DNA from: Octopus sinensis
Lineage: Eukaryota
DNA: 64,000 nucleotides
Assembly: GCF_006345805.1 (NCBI RefSeq)
Contig: NC_043002.1
Location: 87,606,001 to 87,670,000 of the forward strand
Reading direction: 5' to 3'
The notes under the pieces are model-generated. The model made no database searches and had not been told where the DNA came from. It saw only the letters and a list, made by a program, of their open reading frames with translations. The position numbers and the translations under genes are program-made. How positions within the stretch are numbered: position 1 is the first letter of the stretch; each line of letters starts with the position of its first letter. Below, one piece after another: positions 63,090-64,000 of this stretch.

Positions 63090-63570
63090 GCCATTTCTCC
63101 GCAGACTGAAAAAAGAAATTATGGAGAACCTTAATCGATTTTCGAACCTTATTGTTCTATATAGTTATATCCACAACAGGAACAAGTTATAACATAAATT
63201 AGATTCTCGGAAGCACAAATGAAGTTGGTTTATTTGTGAACCTCTCTCCTTGCTTGAATAGCAAATCCGAGCCTTCCAACAGGTTGGACATGTTCCACAG
63301 TTTCGGCGCCCACATTTTTTAACCGTTGGTTTTGTGGTTGTTGTGTAAAGCGATTTGTGTTGCTTATTGCATTTGATGAATTTGTGTGATTTCAGAATGT
63401 TGTTCCTTTTTGGATCCCTAGTGAGCATAGGTAGATTTTGTACAGTAGTGTTTTATGCCCCATTATTTCTAAGGTTGTGAGTTGATATATACGGTAATGT
63501 TTTGAGATGTGGTGCGGTGTTACGTTTTGTTTCCCTTAGTGTTTTAATGCCTAATGATTGGCATACTTAA
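63090..63570 (-). mobile_element. Penelope-like (Neptune-type) Zn-finger/GIY-YIG remnant
   Basis: KKCGRRNCGTCP and, after a frameshift, FICASENLIYVITCSCCGYNYI. Confidence 0.7.
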
Positions 63571-63620
63571 TTCCATAGTTTATAAGTGTGGGTGGATATA
63601 TATATATATATATATATATA

Positions 63621-63811
63621 GGCGCAGGAGTGGCTGTGTGGTAAGTAGCTTGCTTACCAACCACATGGTTCCGGGTTCAGTCCCACTGCGTGGCATCTTG
63701 GGCAAGTGCCTTCTGCTATAGCCTCGGGCCGACCAATGCCTTGTGAGTGAATTTGGTAGACGGTAACTGAAAGAAGCATGTCGTATATATGTATATATAT
63801 ATATATATATA

Positions 63812-63843
<32 letters not shown>

Positions 63844-64000
63844 CTGTGTCTGTGTTTGTGTGTTTGTGTTTGTCCCCCTAGCATTGCTTGACAACCGATG
63901 CTGCTGTGTTTACGTCCCTGTCACCCAGCAGTTCGGCAAAAGAGACCGATAGAATAAGTACTGGGCTTACAAAGAATAAGTCCTGGGGTCGATTTGCTCG
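63621..64000 (+). mobile_element. SINE family D, running off the window
   Basis: Head GGCGCAGGAGTGGCTGTGTGGTAAG. Confidence 0.92.

Overview
AT-rich, microsatellite-dense eukaryotic non-coding DNA. By inference from its SINE families and repeat landscape it is most likely an octopus genome; no database check was possible. No host protein-coding gene could be supported. The window is mostly transposons. It holds one apparently intact, full-length Tx1/L1-clade LINE (38601-43959, two open ORFs), remnants of Penelope-like, CR1, R4, hAT and mariner elements, MITEs, a small Helitron, many tRNA-derived SINEs of about five families, and a tRNA-Val(TAC) pseudogene. Two hidden systems stand out. (1) The Tx1 LINE sits at a precise site inside a SINE head with a 13-17 bp target-site duplication, and it shares its 3' terminal stem-loop and tail with one SINE subfamily. 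Units of that subfamily stack head-to-tail at the same site. This suggests a LINE that both mobilises and targets the SINE. (2) About a dozen minimal type-I hammerhead-ribozyme-like motifs occur in several unrelated short repeats with Penelope-style inverted or tandem ends, including a tRNA-headed SINE-like element. SINE family letters A-E and tail types are working labels used only here. Coordinates of degenerate elements are approximate.
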